Source: Endomicrobiales bacterium
Lineage (GTDB): Bacteria; Elusimicrobiota; Endomicrobiia; Endomicrobiales; JALOBY01
Reading direction: 5' to 3'
Assembly (NCBI GenBank): GCA_963796955.1
Contig: CAWCNJ010000011.1
Coordinates: 32,001 to 96,000, forward strand
DNA length: 64,000 nt
Shown here piece by piece: positions 29,007 through 39,184 of this stretch. The notes under the pieces are model-generated. The model was not told where the DNA came from. It searched no databases and worked only from the letters and a program-made list of their open reading frames with translations. The position numbers and the translations under genes are program-made. Position 1 is the first letter of the stretch. Every line of letters starts with the position of its first letter.

Positions 29007-29901
29007 GTTTAGCCAACTTCTTTTTCCTCAAAAATGATTTAATAAATATTTTATACTTGTCGTCATCCTTTGACAACTTAAAAGGGAAACATATTATTGA
29101 AAACAAAGCATTTATTATTGATTTAATATATTCATCCGCACTATTAAATTCACGTGCTGCATCAAGGTATAAATACCCGTAAGCCTTCAATTTGTCAAAG
29201 CTAATTTTTTTTGTATAGTGTTTATTGATAAAATTCTTTTGAGCCAACTTCATCACATCAACATTTTTATGTAAATTACCGGTATGTGTTCTATAACGGA
29301 TTAACCCAATATTTAAGGCGCTTACTTTGTATGTCCCTGCTATACGATACCACATATCCCTATCTTCTGTCCCTTTAATATTTTCATCGAACAATCCGAT
29401 CGTTTCAAGACATTCCCTTCTAATCATCACGGTTGAAGGTGTTCCTATAGTGTTTTTTTTCTTTAACATCTTACACATCATTTCTTTGTCACCTGTAAAT
29501 ACCGGTTTCCATTCACCAACAATTTCTGAATTTTCATTTATGAAGACACAATTACATCCTACCAGGCCAAGTCCAGGTGATCGGAGCATTTCTGCCAATT
29601 GAAGTTCCAGTTTAGTGGAAATCCATATATCGTCTGCATCTAAAAATGCGATAAATGTTCCATTAGCACACTTTAATCCAATGTTTCTAGCTGCGGCAGG
29701 CCCGGCATTTATTTGCCGTATATATCTTACCTTGTTAAGCCTTTCACCAAGTATCGCTTTAATGTCTGATATTGATCCATCATCAACAACTATTATTTCA
29801 AAATCTCTATAACTTTGATTTAATATTGAATCAATTGCCTGCTCAAGATATCCTTGGACAGGGTTGTAAACAGGAACAATTACACTTATAAGGCTATCCA
29901 T
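28999..29901 (-). CDS. Glycosyltransferase family 2
   Basis: ISVIVPVYN, VVDDGS, GPAAARN, FLDADD, ED.DMW. Confidence 0.92.
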   Translation of the reverse strand: MDSLISVIVPVYNPVQGYLEQAIDSILNQSYRDFEIIVVDDGSISDIKAILGERLNKVRYIRQINAGPAAARNIGLKCANGTFIAFLDADDIWISTKLELQLAEMLRSPGLGLVGCNCVFINENSEIVGEWKPVFTGDKEMMCKMLKKKNTIGTPSTVMIRRECLETIGLFDENIKGTEDRDMWYRIAGTYKVSALNIGLIRYRTHTGNLHKNVDVMKLAQKNFINKHYTKKISFDKLKAYGYLYLDAAREFNSADEYIKSIINALFSIICFPFKLSKDDDKYKIFIKSFLRKKKLAKHE

Positions 29902-31087
29902 TTAGGCCCTTTTTATCTGGTTCATTTATAATATTAGATTTTATAGCCTGAGACATCGCTATTACGACATACAAAATATAGAATTGATATCTATTCGTGA
30001 AAAATGCACATACCCAAAAACCTACTAATGACGCTGAAACAATTTGATACAACATAAATTTTCTCGTAAGCTCATTATTTTCTGGTGTCCTTTTGTTCAA
30101 AACGTAAGTGAAGTATAGCGGATAAAATGAAAACAATGTAAAGGCTATCCCACCCAATATCCCAGCCTCAGCGAACACTTGAAAAAGAGTATTGTGTGGC
30201 TCTAAGCTTCTTATACCTCCATAATCGGCTGCGCGGTCATCAAAATTGCCTGGACCAATTCCAAAAAATGGTTTATCCATAACCATTCGACCACAAGCGC
30301 GCCATTGCAGAATCCTATCCTCCGAAGAACTATCCCCATGTAAACCGGAAAGATCATTCCTGCTTAGCACATTTTTCAACCCTACAGTGAACACGCCGGC
30401 CACCATTATCAGCAAAAGCACAATTCGAAGTGCCTTTGATAGGTTCTTGGAAAACAAGAGACTTACACCACCAACTGCCATCAGCCCAAGCAACCCATTT
30501 CTGGAGCCTGTAAAAAGTATGTTGAAACCAAAAATACCGGCGACTATAAGATAATAAAAATATTTTGAAACAAAAATTTCGGACAAATTTGCCAACAAAA
30601 TAACAATTGGAATTGCAGCAACAAGTATAATCGCCAGATCATTGGCATTCTCATACCAACCAAATCCCCCTGCTCTCATGCCTGGTTGATAGGTCATTAC
30701 AAATTGCGAGATTGAAAAATAAGATAAATACAAGAGTCCTGATATAACCGAGAAGCTAATCCATTTCAAACGCTTTTCTGTATTAACAATCTGAGTGATT
30801 AGATAATATACAATACCCATCTTTAACCATAAATTAAATGTATCTAGCGCTCCTCCAGCCCATTGCATTCCTGAACTTACGATCTGCGTGATTACAAAAA
30901 ATATAAAAAATACGTTCGTTTTTGATCTAAAGAAACCATGTTTCCCTTTTTCCTTTGAAAACGCATACGACACTAATGCAAGAATTGCGCAGTTGCGTAA
31001 TGGCTGAAATTGCTCAACACCCGGAAAGATCTTCCCTGGTTGAAAAAACATAATGAAGATTGTTAAACACAAAAAGAAAAATGCCAT
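29894..31087 (-). CDS. O-antigen ligase/Wzy polymerase family membrane protein
   Basis: ENANDLA, TGSRNG, R...W, PFFGIGPGNF, PHNT. Confidence 0.85.
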   Translation of the reverse strand: MAFFFLCLTIFIMFFQPGKIFPGVEQFQPLRNCAILALVSYAFSKEKGKHGFFRSKTNVFFIFFVITQIVSSGMQWAGGALDTFNLWLKMGIVYYLITQIVNTEKRLKWISFSVISGLLYLSYFSISQFVMTYQPGMRAGGFGWYENANDLAIILVAAIPIVILLANLSEIFVSKYFYYLIVAGIFGFNILFTGSRNGLLGLMAVGGVSLLFSKNLSKALRIVLLLIMVAGVFTVGLKNVLSRNDLSGLHGDSSSEDRILQWRACGRMVMDKPFFGIGPGNFDDRAADYGGIRSLEPHNTLFQVFAEAGILGGIAFTLFSFYPLYFTYVLNKRTPENNELTRKFMLYQIVSASLVGFWVCAFFTNRYQFYILYVVIAMSQAIKSNIINEPDKKGLNG

Positions 31088-31114
31088 TACTTATGTCCCT
31101 AAGAGGAATTTGAC

Positions 31115-32209
31115 CTATCTTTTCATTGCGTATGAATCTGATAATTCGATACGATTGCAATCATTATTGTACGCCTCTCGTTCATAATCTGTTAGTACAT
31201 ATCGTTCAAATGGATTAATAAGACCAGCATCTACCAAATAAAAGTTCCCTTCAGACATATCATCAAATCCAAGCCGTGTGATCATATATGGCGATTCGCT
31301 CCAGTGTCGTCCCGCAGTACAAAATCCAATAGCATAAGATTCTTTTACAATATCTATTGTCGTTTTATTAATATCGAACAAACGTCCATTCGGGTATGCT
31401 ACAGTCCTAACAGAAACAGCAAGTCGTGCTTCTATCTCAGCTTTTGACAACAGCAACTCATCCTTGGCATCTGCTTCATTCAATCGTGAAAGTATTGGAT
31501 GTGTTACTGTGTGAGCACCGACACTTAACAAACCGGAATCAATCATTTCTTTTAGCTGATCCCAGGTTATCATCTCGTTTGCAGGAAAATCATTTACTGA
31601 GATTTTTAATTGTTTAATTATAGAATCTAAAACGCACAGTTTCATACTGTTATTAACCGCCTTCAATTGTCTTGAAAGCTTTCTGTAGGTATTAATTACA
31701 TCAATTTCTGAGTTGAGATAAAATTCACCAAATCCGAACTCATCAAGACTCAATTTACTTCCCTTTGCATTTGCCAGCGAGTATAACAATTGATCATGAA
31801 ATGGGACAGTCTGGTTAGTGATAGATCCTGTAGTCAAAAACACAGCAGCCGGCAAAGAATATTTCTTGAGTATTGGAAATACAACTGAGTACAATGACCT
31901 GTAACCATCATCAAAAGTTAATAATATTCGGTTTGCTGTGAGTTTACGACCTTGTAGCACATACTGTTCATATTCGTCTAGGCCAATGAAAGAATTGTGT
32001 TTTTGTAAATAAGTTATTCGCTTTTCGAAGTCTTCAACAGAAATGTGCTCCAGCTTTTTATGATAACTGTAGTACATATCATTTGGAGTTATTACTCTAT
32101 GCAAGAAATATGATTTCAATTTGGGATGAGTAAATTTATTTACAACAAACGCGAACAACTTTGCAAGCTTAGCATTTGATCGGATATTCATATTTTGCTT
32201 TGGCCTCAA
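31115..32209 (-). CDS. Polysaccharide deacetylase (CE4)
   Basis: LHRV, LTFDDGY, GAHTVTHP, AYPNG. Confidence 0.88.
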   Translation of the reverse strand: MRPKQNMNIRSNAKLAKLFAFVVNKFTHPKLKSYFLHRVITPNDMYYSYHKKLEHISVEDFEKRITYLQKHNSFIGLDEYEQYVLQGRKLTANRILLTFDDGYRSLYSVVFPILKKYSLPAAVFLTTGSITNQTVPFHDQLLYSLANAKGSKLSLDEFGFGEFYLNSEIDVINTYRKLSRQLKAVNNSMKLCVLDSIIKQLKISVNDFPANEMITWDQLKEMIDSGLLSVGAHTVTHPILSRLNEADAKDELLLSKAEIEARLAVSVRTVAYPNGRLFDINKTTIDIVKESYAIGFCTAGRHWSESPYMITRLGFDDMSEGNFYLVDAGLINPFERYVLTDYEREAYNNDCNRIELSDSYAMKR

Positions 32210-32224
32210 ATTGTATTTTGTAAT

Positions 32225-34399
32225 CTATTTATACACATATTTTGGGATCTCAAAGTCCCTATATTGATTTGGATTTCCTAACATCCCAGCTTCCGCTGCT
32301 TTTATTATATTGTACATTTCCCTTGCAGTTACATAATGATAATGGTAATTTTTGACATTCTTGAAGTTTTTCTCCATATAATCACACATCAGCTCAGTTG
32401 AATATCCAATTACAGAATCAAAATCGCTATTCTTTGCACCATGAGTATGCAACTTTATAAACAACCAGTTCGTCATTCCTTTGATCCTGACAGCATTCTT
32501 TATCAAAAAGTCCATTCGTTCAGCTGATAATTTATCCTTTTCGTCTATATTTGAATATTCGATAGCAACTCTATATTTTTTAAATTTTTTCCTTAGACCA
32601 ATAACTCCCTGTACCATCAGAAATTCATCCTCAGATTTTCCTCCAACTTTTACTTCTCTGCCATGATTATATGATTTTGCCCTGTTCAATCCATTTTTTA
32701 TGTAGTACATCTTATTCAGCACAGAAGGCTGTGCCGCACCAAGCGAAGGAAAAGTGAAATCAGCAAAACATCCACAACTACCCAGTATATCAGTCTCATT
32801 ATTGATCCCGCAGTATTCCGGACCTCTGGAATTATTTAAAGACCAGTCTCCATGAACAAATGCGAACTTCTTAGTTCCGTCCGGTAAACAAAATATTCCA
32901 TATTTTGAATAATCTTCGACACATTTCATTATCTTAGTACGTAAAGTTTCAGCCGTATCTGGAAAAGGATCCATCTGGTTATGATGAAGGTGCATTTCAA
33001 CATCTCCATAACCGCGCTTACAAAGCTCTACAATATCTTTTAAGAAGCATGAATCATGATGAGGTGGATAAAACCAAGTGTGTTGTGGTTTAACTCCATC
33101 AGAGTCTGAATATCTATCAGCGATCATCGGGTATTTTTCTGACCATATTTTTATCTTTTCGGCCGCTTCCATAACATTATCCGCTCCATGGAACGGTTCA
33201 AAATGGTCGGCTACACATATCATGATGTGAACAGGTGCATTATCATCATATTTTACCTTTGTTTTCATTTTTCCCATAAGATGTTGCGGAAGCCAGTGTC
33301 TCAAACCCCGGTCAATCGATATTTTGCGTTTAATTGTTTCAAGTTTTTCAACTTGCTCATTTGCACGATTTAGAACATCAAAAAAGCCAGACATCCTTAG
33401 ACCAAACATGAAAAATGGCTTTGATTCCAGACCATATCTAGGAATTTCAAAAGAATCATATGTATCGGCAGTGAACTGTGATGTTGTAAATGCCAAGGAA
33501 TAGCCAGCATCTTTTAACTGGTTCTTTATTTGCTCGTTAATATCTTCCGGCTTGCCATTAGGATAAGCGAAATATTTGAGCTCGACACCTCCAAGCTCAG
33601 ACTCGATCTTTTTCTTTGAATCCATTATCTCGTTTTGAGCTTGCTGAGAACCGACCCTTGTTAATATAGGGTGTGTTACCGTATGCCCACCAAATGTTAC
33701 CAGGCTCGACGCAGACATCTCCATTATCTGTTGCCATGTCATCATCCGGTAGGCATCACCTATATCGTCAAGTGGAACCTGTAGAAACGCTGACAACAGG
33801 TTTGTTTGGTTTGTCCTTTCAGCTTCCGAAAGATATTTCAAACCGGGTTTAATGCGGTTGTACGTATTAGCACGTTCCTGCAAAGTGTTTAATGAATATT
33901 TACCGCCGGAACCCACCGGGAACTCAAATGATCTTACAGGGCTTTTTGCAATTATATGCATAAGGCGATCGTGCCATAATACCGTTTTATCCTCAATACT
34001 TCCGGTTGTTAAAAAGAAAGTTGCGGGTATGTTATATGTCTTAAGTAAAGGAAAAACGTTTGTATACATGCTCCGATAACCGTCATCAAAAGTAAGTACT
34101 AGCGCCAACGAGCGCGGTTTTTTCCCGGTACGCATATAATCCGCAAACTCATCTATTGAAATGATGGAATACCGTTTGTGAATATACTTTATCCTTTTCT
34201 CAAAATCATCGACTGTTAAATTACCAAGTTCGCGAAGAATATCAAAACTTGGATTTGTAGTATCAATTATCCTGTGCGAGAAAAGAATTTTAACAGGCAA
34301 GCCATATATCTCTTTAAATATCCGTGCGGAAACAGCAGTAATGCCCGCACCATAGGCACAACGGTATAAAATGTTCTTTGTAACACTACGAAAATTCAT
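32225..34399 (-). CDS. Polysaccharide deacetylase fused to an uncharacterised His-rich C-terminal domain
   Basis: N-half TFDDGY/GHTVTHP/AYPNG; C-half DHFEP, HTWFYP, EMHLHH, FVHGDWSL, ADFTFPS, IKLHTHG, HYVTAREMYN. Confidence 0.8.
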   Translation of the reverse strand: MNFRSVTKNILYRCAYGAGITAVSARIFKEIYGLPVKILFSHRIIDTTNPSFDILRELGNLTVDDFEKRIKYIHKRYSIISIDEFADYMRTGKKPRSLALVLTFDDGYRSMYTNVFPLLKTYNIPATFFLTTGSIEDKTVLWHDRLMHIIAKSPVRSFEFPVGSGGKYSLNTLQERANTYNRIKPGLKYLSEAERTNQTNLLSAFLQVPLDDIGDAYRMMTWQQIMEMSASSLVTFGGHTVTHPILTRVGSQQAQNEIMDSKKKIESELGGVELKYFAYPNGKPEDINEQIKNQLKDAGYSLAFTTSQFTADTYDSFEIPRYGLESKPFFMFGLRMSGFFDVLNRANEQVEKLETIKRKISIDRGLRHWLPQHLMGKMKTKVKYDDNAPVHIMICVADHFEPFHGADNVMEAAEKIKIWSEKYPMIADRYSDSDGVKPQHTWFYPPHHDSCFLKDIVELCKRGYGDVEMHLHHNQMDPFPDTAETLRTKIMKCVEDYSKYGIFCLPDGTKKFAFVHGDWSLNNSRGPEYCGINNETDILGSCGCFADFTFPSLGAAQPSVLNKMYYIKNGLNRAKSYNHGREVKVGGKSEDEFLMVQGVIGLRKKFKKYRVAIEYSNIDEKDKLSAERMDFLIKNAVRIKGMTNWLFIKLHTHGAKNSDFDSVIGYSTELMCDYMEKNFKNVKNYHYHYVTAREMYNIIKAAEAGMLGNPNQYRDFEIPKYVYK

Positions 34400-34415
34400 G
34401 GTTCAGTCCTATTCC

Positions 34416-35591
34416 TCAAGAATCTTCCCTTGTTATCATTTTGCCGTAAAACCAGTTAGCAACGTTTTTAAATAAACTAACCTTTCCAGGGAGACTTCGC
34501 AGACCTTTCTCTATTGACATCGCACGATATATCGCATGGCTTCTCCACACCGCGAGGTCAGAGCTTTTTATTACATGTTTTGTCCAATGATATTTATATT
34601 CATCAGTGCCCCTGAGAAAGTCATAGCAACGAATATGAGTGGTATATAATTGTTCTATCAGCTTGTACATTAACACTTTACCTGGGCTATATTGGGCAAA
34701 GTCGGGATTAAGACCGATTGCATATGAACTCATTTTATTATGGTACAAAAAGTTATAGTATGCGGCTACGTTAGTTTTCCCCTGCTTTAGAAATACAAAA
34801 TACAGCCACCCTAACGGCTCAATCAAATCGACAATTCTCTTATGAAAAGTGTTGTATGCCTTCCTTGTAACTCTGAAGCTTCCCTCCTTACCCAGGACGC
34901 TTTGCCTCTTTTGGTGTATTTGCACAAAATCATCAAACACAGACTGAATGTCGGCGTTATGCTGCACAACTTCAAGTTTAATATCGGAAAGTTTTTCGAA
35001 TTTCCGCACGGAGTATTTTACGCCATTGCGGGTATTCTTTGACATAGCGCCGACATAGTTTTCGAACGTATCGGGCAGCTGTACTATAAGGCTTTCACGG
35101 GTATTCACTGCACTATTGTGAATCCGCTTCTCCTTTAATAACGATTGAAACAGCGGCATTACAACAGAGGTCTCCCTTATTGCAGAAAGAAATATAATAT
35201 CCCATTTTGGAAAATCTTTGGAAAATAAAAAAGAGATAATTTCTCTTAAAACCATCTCCTCGCAGCCGCGTTCAACAATAAAATCAAGGTTTTCAAAGAA
35301 TGCACCATGCCCGCCTATTATTTCCACCTGCTTCTTTTTAGTAATGCTAAGAACGCGGCCATATGCAGCATAAAGCGGAGCAATGCCGATTATTTTGCCG
35401 TCTTGTTCTACGAGAATTATTGTTAATTCCTTATCAGTTTTATATGACTGCCACCATGTGTACTGAAATTCCCAAGTAAGAAAAATTGCATCTGATGTGG
35501 ATTTGGCAAGTAGAGCATTCCACTGTTCTCTTATATTAAGGAAATCATCCTCATTGGTTATCAGTCTTACGTTCAATAATTCCGGCATCAT
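34416..35591 (-). CDS. GNAT acetyltransferase, CelD/BcsL-like
   Basis: WNALL...FLTWE...WW, GIAPL, YSPGKVL, YDFLRGTDEYKYHW. Confidence 0.85.
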   Translation of the reverse strand: MMPELLNVRLITNEDDFLNIREQWNALLAKSTSDAIFLTWEFQYTWWQSYKTDKELTIILVEQDGKIIGIAPLYAAYGRVLSITKKKQVEIIGGHGAFFENLDFIVERGCEEMVLREIISFLFSKDFPKWDIIFLSAIRETSVVMPLFQSLLKEKRIHNSAVNTRESLIVQLPDTFENYVGAMSKNTRNGVKYSVRKFEKLSDIKLEVVQHNADIQSVFDDFVQIHQKRQSVLGKEGSFRVTRKAYNTFHKRIVDLIEPLGWLYFVFLKQGKTNVAAYYNFLYHNKMSSYAIGLNPDFAQYSPGKVLMYKLIEQLYTTHIRCYDFLRGTDEYKYHWTKHVIKSSDLAVWRSHAIYRAMSIEKGLRSLPGKVSLFKNVANWFYGKMITREDS

Positions 35592-36704
35592 TCAATCCTT
35601 ATTTTCCATGACGCGCTTAATGAAATCATAAAGTTCGTTCACATGTGAACCATCAATATACTTGCGATTATTTTCTCTGGCTGTTCGCTTAAGTTCGTCA
35701 ATATTCTTTCTGTCGTTTAACTGCTCTTTCAAATCATGAACTGTATCAAACTCCAGCACGGCTTTGTATTCTTTTAAGTAATCTTTGCAGGCTTCATATC
35801 CTTCCCGGGGAATTGCAACGGGGATACCTGCAGCTACGCTTGAAATAAGACGATCTGGGATAGTAATCCTATATCGGTCATCCCTTTTGCAGGCATCAAG
35901 GTTATACATCATCAGGGAGACGTCAAACTGCGTCGCAAAATTTTTAAGCACCGGCATTTTCATGGGAGGGAAAAGATGACGGTACTCGGAAGGCTGGAAT
36001 TTTTCACCCTGGTCGCAATGGTAAAGATGGATTTTGGATTGTAAGATAGAATTAAAAATATCCCTCATGTTATCGCTCGGCTGAGCATCCCACCAGTCGG
36101 TACGGCCGAGAAACACAATATTGGGCTGATTTGGGCATGGATCATGCATTTTATCTGAAAAATCATCGACAGAAATAAGCGGGCTCAAGACGATTCCCGG
36201 CATTGTATCGCCGGTTAAAATATTTTTGTCGAAATATTTTTTCATTGCATCGCTTGAATAGATTACACCATCAAGGTATTTGGTTAGATATTTGAAATAG
36301 GTATTTTGGAATGTAATTTTTGCGCTTGTCAGCCCCATCGGATGGCATAAGATATTAAGGATCACCCTTGTTTGCGGTCTTGCCTTTTTCAAAGCGATTA
36401 TATCTTTGGCAGGAATCAAGCCCCAGTACGATAAGACGCAATTGATACCGCCTTTGTCAACAAAATCTAATATTTTGCTTCTATATTGCTCATCGCTAAC
36501 ACCGAACATCTTGTTGGATATTCTATACCATGCCTGCCACAATTTAAAGGGGTGAGCTTTAAATGCTTTTTCATAGTACTCTTTGTTCGAATACTCTTCA
36601 AACCGGTGTATCTCTTTACCGATGGAGGCGAAGTGTTGTTTCAGGGCGGCATAATGGTTGTCGGAAACGCCGCCCAGATAACCTAAATTTATATCAGATC
36701 GCAT
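35592..36704 (-). CDS. Hypothetical protein, probable GT-B glycosyltransferase
   Basis: IVFLGR, FDVSL, PDRLISSVAAGIPVA; EPS context. Confidence 0.6.
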   Translation of the reverse strand: MRSDINLGYLGGVSDNHYAALKQHFASIGKEIHRFEEYSNKEYYEKAFKAHPFKLWQAWYRISNKMFGVSDEQYRSKILDFVDKGGINCVLSYWGLIPAKDIIALKKARPQTRVILNILCHPMGLTSAKITFQNTYFKYLTKYLDGVIYSSDAMKKYFDKNILTGDTMPGIVLSPLISVDDFSDKMHDPCPNQPNIVFLGRTDWWDAQPSDNMRDIFNSILQSKIHLYHCDQGEKFQPSEYRHLFPPMKMPVLKNFATQFDVSLMMYNLDACKRDDRYRITIPDRLISSVAAGIPVAIPREGYEACKDYLKEYKAVLEFDTVHDLKEQLNDRKNIDELKRTARENNRKYIDGSHVNELYDFIKRVMENKD

Positions 36705-36825
36705 ACATTCCTTTTCGATTCAATCATCGGTCTTCAATCATAATTCTTTGTTTCAACAGGCAGAAGCCCAAAGGCCCTCAACCACCCGCCCCAGCTTTAC
36801 GGTTCGTTTTCAGAATTGTTAGGTG

Positions 36826-37836
36826 TTAAACTTTATAATACTCCCTGTACCATTTTACGAATCTGGCTATACCGTCTTCTATTGAGGTGGCGGGTTTGAA
36901 ACCAGCGTCGGTCATAAGGTCGTCAACGTTGGCGTAGGTCGCAGGGACGTCGCCGGGCTGCAAGGGCATGAAGTTTTTCATTGCCTTTTTGCCGAGATTG
37001 GCTTCTATAACAGAGATAAAGTGATTTAATTCTACCGGATTGTTGTTGCCGATGTTGTAAACCTTGTACGGGGCGAAGCTGGTGCCGGGATCTGGTTTCT
37101 TGCCTGTCCAGGCAGGGTTGGGGGCAGGGCTCAGCCTGCTTACGCGGGTTATGCCTTCAACTATGTCGTCTATGAACGTAAAGTCGCGCTGCATGTTGCC
37201 GTTGTTATACACATCTATGGTTTTGCCTTCGAGGATTGAGCGCGTGAATTTGAACAGAGCCATGTCCGGACGGCCCCAGGGTCCATATACCGTAAAGAAC
37301 CGAAGGCCGGTAGTTGGCAAGTTATACAGGTTTGAGTAGGTGTGAGCCATAAGTTCGTTGGCTTTTTTTGTAGCTGCATAAAGAGAAAGAGGATGGTCAA
37401 CATTGTCGTGAACTGAAAAAGGCATTGTTGTGTTGGCGCCATAAACCGAGCTGGAGGATGCGTACACCAGGTGTTTTACCCCGTTGTGGCGGCACGCCTC
37501 AAGAATGTTGATGAAGCCCACTATGTTGCTGTCTATATAGGAGTAAGGGTTCTCCATGGAATAACGAACTCCAGCCTGGGCAGCCAGGTTGACTACGGTA
37601 TGGAACTGTTCTTTTTTGAACAGTTCCATTATCGCTGATCGGTCTTCGAGGCCGGCCTTTACGAAAGTAAAGTTTGGGTTGCCCTCAATTTGTTTCAGAC
37701 GGTTATATTTCAAGTTAACGTCGTAATAATCGTTCAAATTGTCCAACCCGACAACCTGCTCGCCGTCCTTCAGCAGTCTTTTAGACAGATGAGAGCCAAT
37801 AAAACCGGCAGCGCCGGTAACTAATATTTTTTTCAT
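36826..37836 (-). CDS. UDP-glucuronate 4-epimerase (NAD-dependent epimerase)
   Basis: [43 protein letters not shown]. Confidence 0.92.
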   Translation of the reverse strand: MKKILVTGAAGFIGSHLSKRLLKDGEQVVGLDNLNDYYDVNLKYNRLKQIEGNPNFTFVKAGLEDRSAIMELFKKEQFHTVVNLAAQAGVRYSMENPYSYIDSNIVGFINILEACRHNGVKHLVYASSSSVYGANTTMPFSVHDNVDHPLSLYAATKKANELMAHTYSNLYNLPTTGLRFFTVYGPWGRPDMALFKFTRSILEGKTIDVYNNGNMQRDFTFIDDIVEGITRVSRLSPAPNPAWTGKKPDPGTSFAPYKVYNIGNNNPVELNHFISVIEANLGKKAMKNFMPLQPGDVPATYANVDDLMTDAGFKPATSIEDGIARFVKWYREYYKV

Positions 37837-37875
37837 GGATTCCCCTTGATCATGAGGTTAGCAACAATTTCAACA

Positions 37876-37904
37876 ATTATCAAAAACTAAAACATTGCTG
37901 TCAA
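37876..37904 (-). promoter_or_regulatory. sigma70-type promoter for the epimerase and downstream genes
   Basis: Minus strand TTGACA-17nt-GATAAT. Confidence 0.6.
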
Positions 37905-37927
37905 TCGGTCAACGCCCAAAAACAACA

Positions 37928-39073
37928 TTAATAATCCGAAAGTGTTTTGGGCTGCTTTTGCGGTTTGGCATCTTCGCTGTCGTCTTTTACCTTATTTACT
38001 TTCGTCTTCTTAACGGCAGGTTTTGTTGTCTGTTTTTTACCCGTCTGTCTTGCCTTTGATGCTATTTGCTTTGAGACCGGTTGGTTCAGGGTCGGTTTGA
38101 TAACAGGCTTTTCTACTTCAACTACTTTAACAGGGACCGGCTTTACCACAGGCGCCGGCGCGGGTTTAAAACGATAATTTACACTCAACCTCTGCACAGG
38201 GTCCAGGTTCGCTCCCGGAAGAAAGGCGTAGCCGAAGGTAATATCGCCGCAGGATATCTGTATGCCAATGTGAATGGTAGACTCGCCGGTATAGCTTCTG
38301 TAGCCTACATTCAAAGAAAGCATGTTGCCACCGATCTCTAAACCGGCCTCCGGCACAGATTCGCGGTCATTCGCCAGATACGTTACCCCGACGGCAGGCA
38401 TGAAATACAATGAGCGAGTTTGCAATATATAGCCGCAGCCGGCATAATAACCGGTCGGCAACGGGTCCGCCTTGTTCATGAACGCGGTCGCCGAGCCCAG
38501 ATCCTGCGCTACCAGAGACATGGCAAAATTATCTGCCGGCGAATACATAAGCCCGGCATCGGCTGCGTAGGCATTGGCAGAGTAGCGTTGCGCAAGCACG
38601 CTGCTGGCGCCCTTCAGCGTTACGCCCACAGACCAGCTGTCGCCCAGCATCCGCTGTAGGGAAATAAAGCCCAGTGTATCTTTCTGGGCGCTAACGGTAT
38701 CGCTGTTAAGCACACCGTTATCTATCCAGTTAAGCTCTACCTGGCCGGCGTCATAATACGCGCCGCCAGCGGCGATCATGCATTTTTTATTCAGCGGCTG
38801 AGCGTATATGGCGCTGCCGAACTTGTCGCCCGCAACGCCCTGACCTGAAATGAAGGATATCTCGCGGGAGCCCGTCATGCCCAATATGGCCGGATTGTAC
38901 AATACGCCGGTTATGTCACCGTTATCCGGGGCGGTAATGGATATACCGCCGAACTGGGCGGAATCAACCATTCTGAATATTCCCCAGCCGGAAACGCCAA
39001 AATCGGCATAACAACAATTGGCAAGGATCGGTAAAAATGTTAAGAAAACGACGATTCTTTGAAACATATTCAT
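37928..39073 (-). CDS. PorV/PorQ-like outer-membrane beta-barrel with Pro/Lys-rich C-terminal tail
   Basis: Signal peptide; GVLYNPAILG, AYAADAG, QDLG, DPLP, alternating beta-strands ending VNYRF. Confidence 0.7.
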   Translation of the reverse strand: MNMFQRIVVFLTFLPILANCCYADFGVSGWGIFRMVDSAQFGGISITAPDNGDITGVLYNPAILGMTGSREISFISGQGVAGDKFGSAIYAQPLNKKCMIAAGGAYYDAGQVELNWIDNGVLNSDTVSAQKDTLGFISLQRMLGDSWSVGVTLKGASSVLAQRYSANAYAADAGLMYSPADNFAMSLVAQDLGSATAFMNKADPLPTGYYAGCGYILQTRSLYFMPAVGVTYLANDRESVPEAGLEIGGNMLSLNVGYRSYTGESTIHIGIQISCGDITFGYAFLPGANLDPVQRLSVNYRFKPAPAPVVKPVPVKVVEVEKPVIKPTLNQPVSKQIASKARQTGKKQTTKPAVKKTKVNKVKDDSEDAKPQKQPKTLSDY

Positions 39074-39110
39074 GGATTTGATATACCTTTTATAGAAAAC
39101 ACCCCCCTAA

Positions 39111-39139
39111 AAGGTAACAGAATCCATACTTAATGTCAA
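39111..39139 (-). promoter_or_regulatory. Possible promoter for the PorV-like gene
   Basis: Minus strand TTGACA-17nt-TACCTT with TG extension. Confidence 0.4.
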
Positions 39140-39184
39140 TGGTTTGTGAAAAAAAATTTAATCAACTTCTCATTGATTTTTGAA

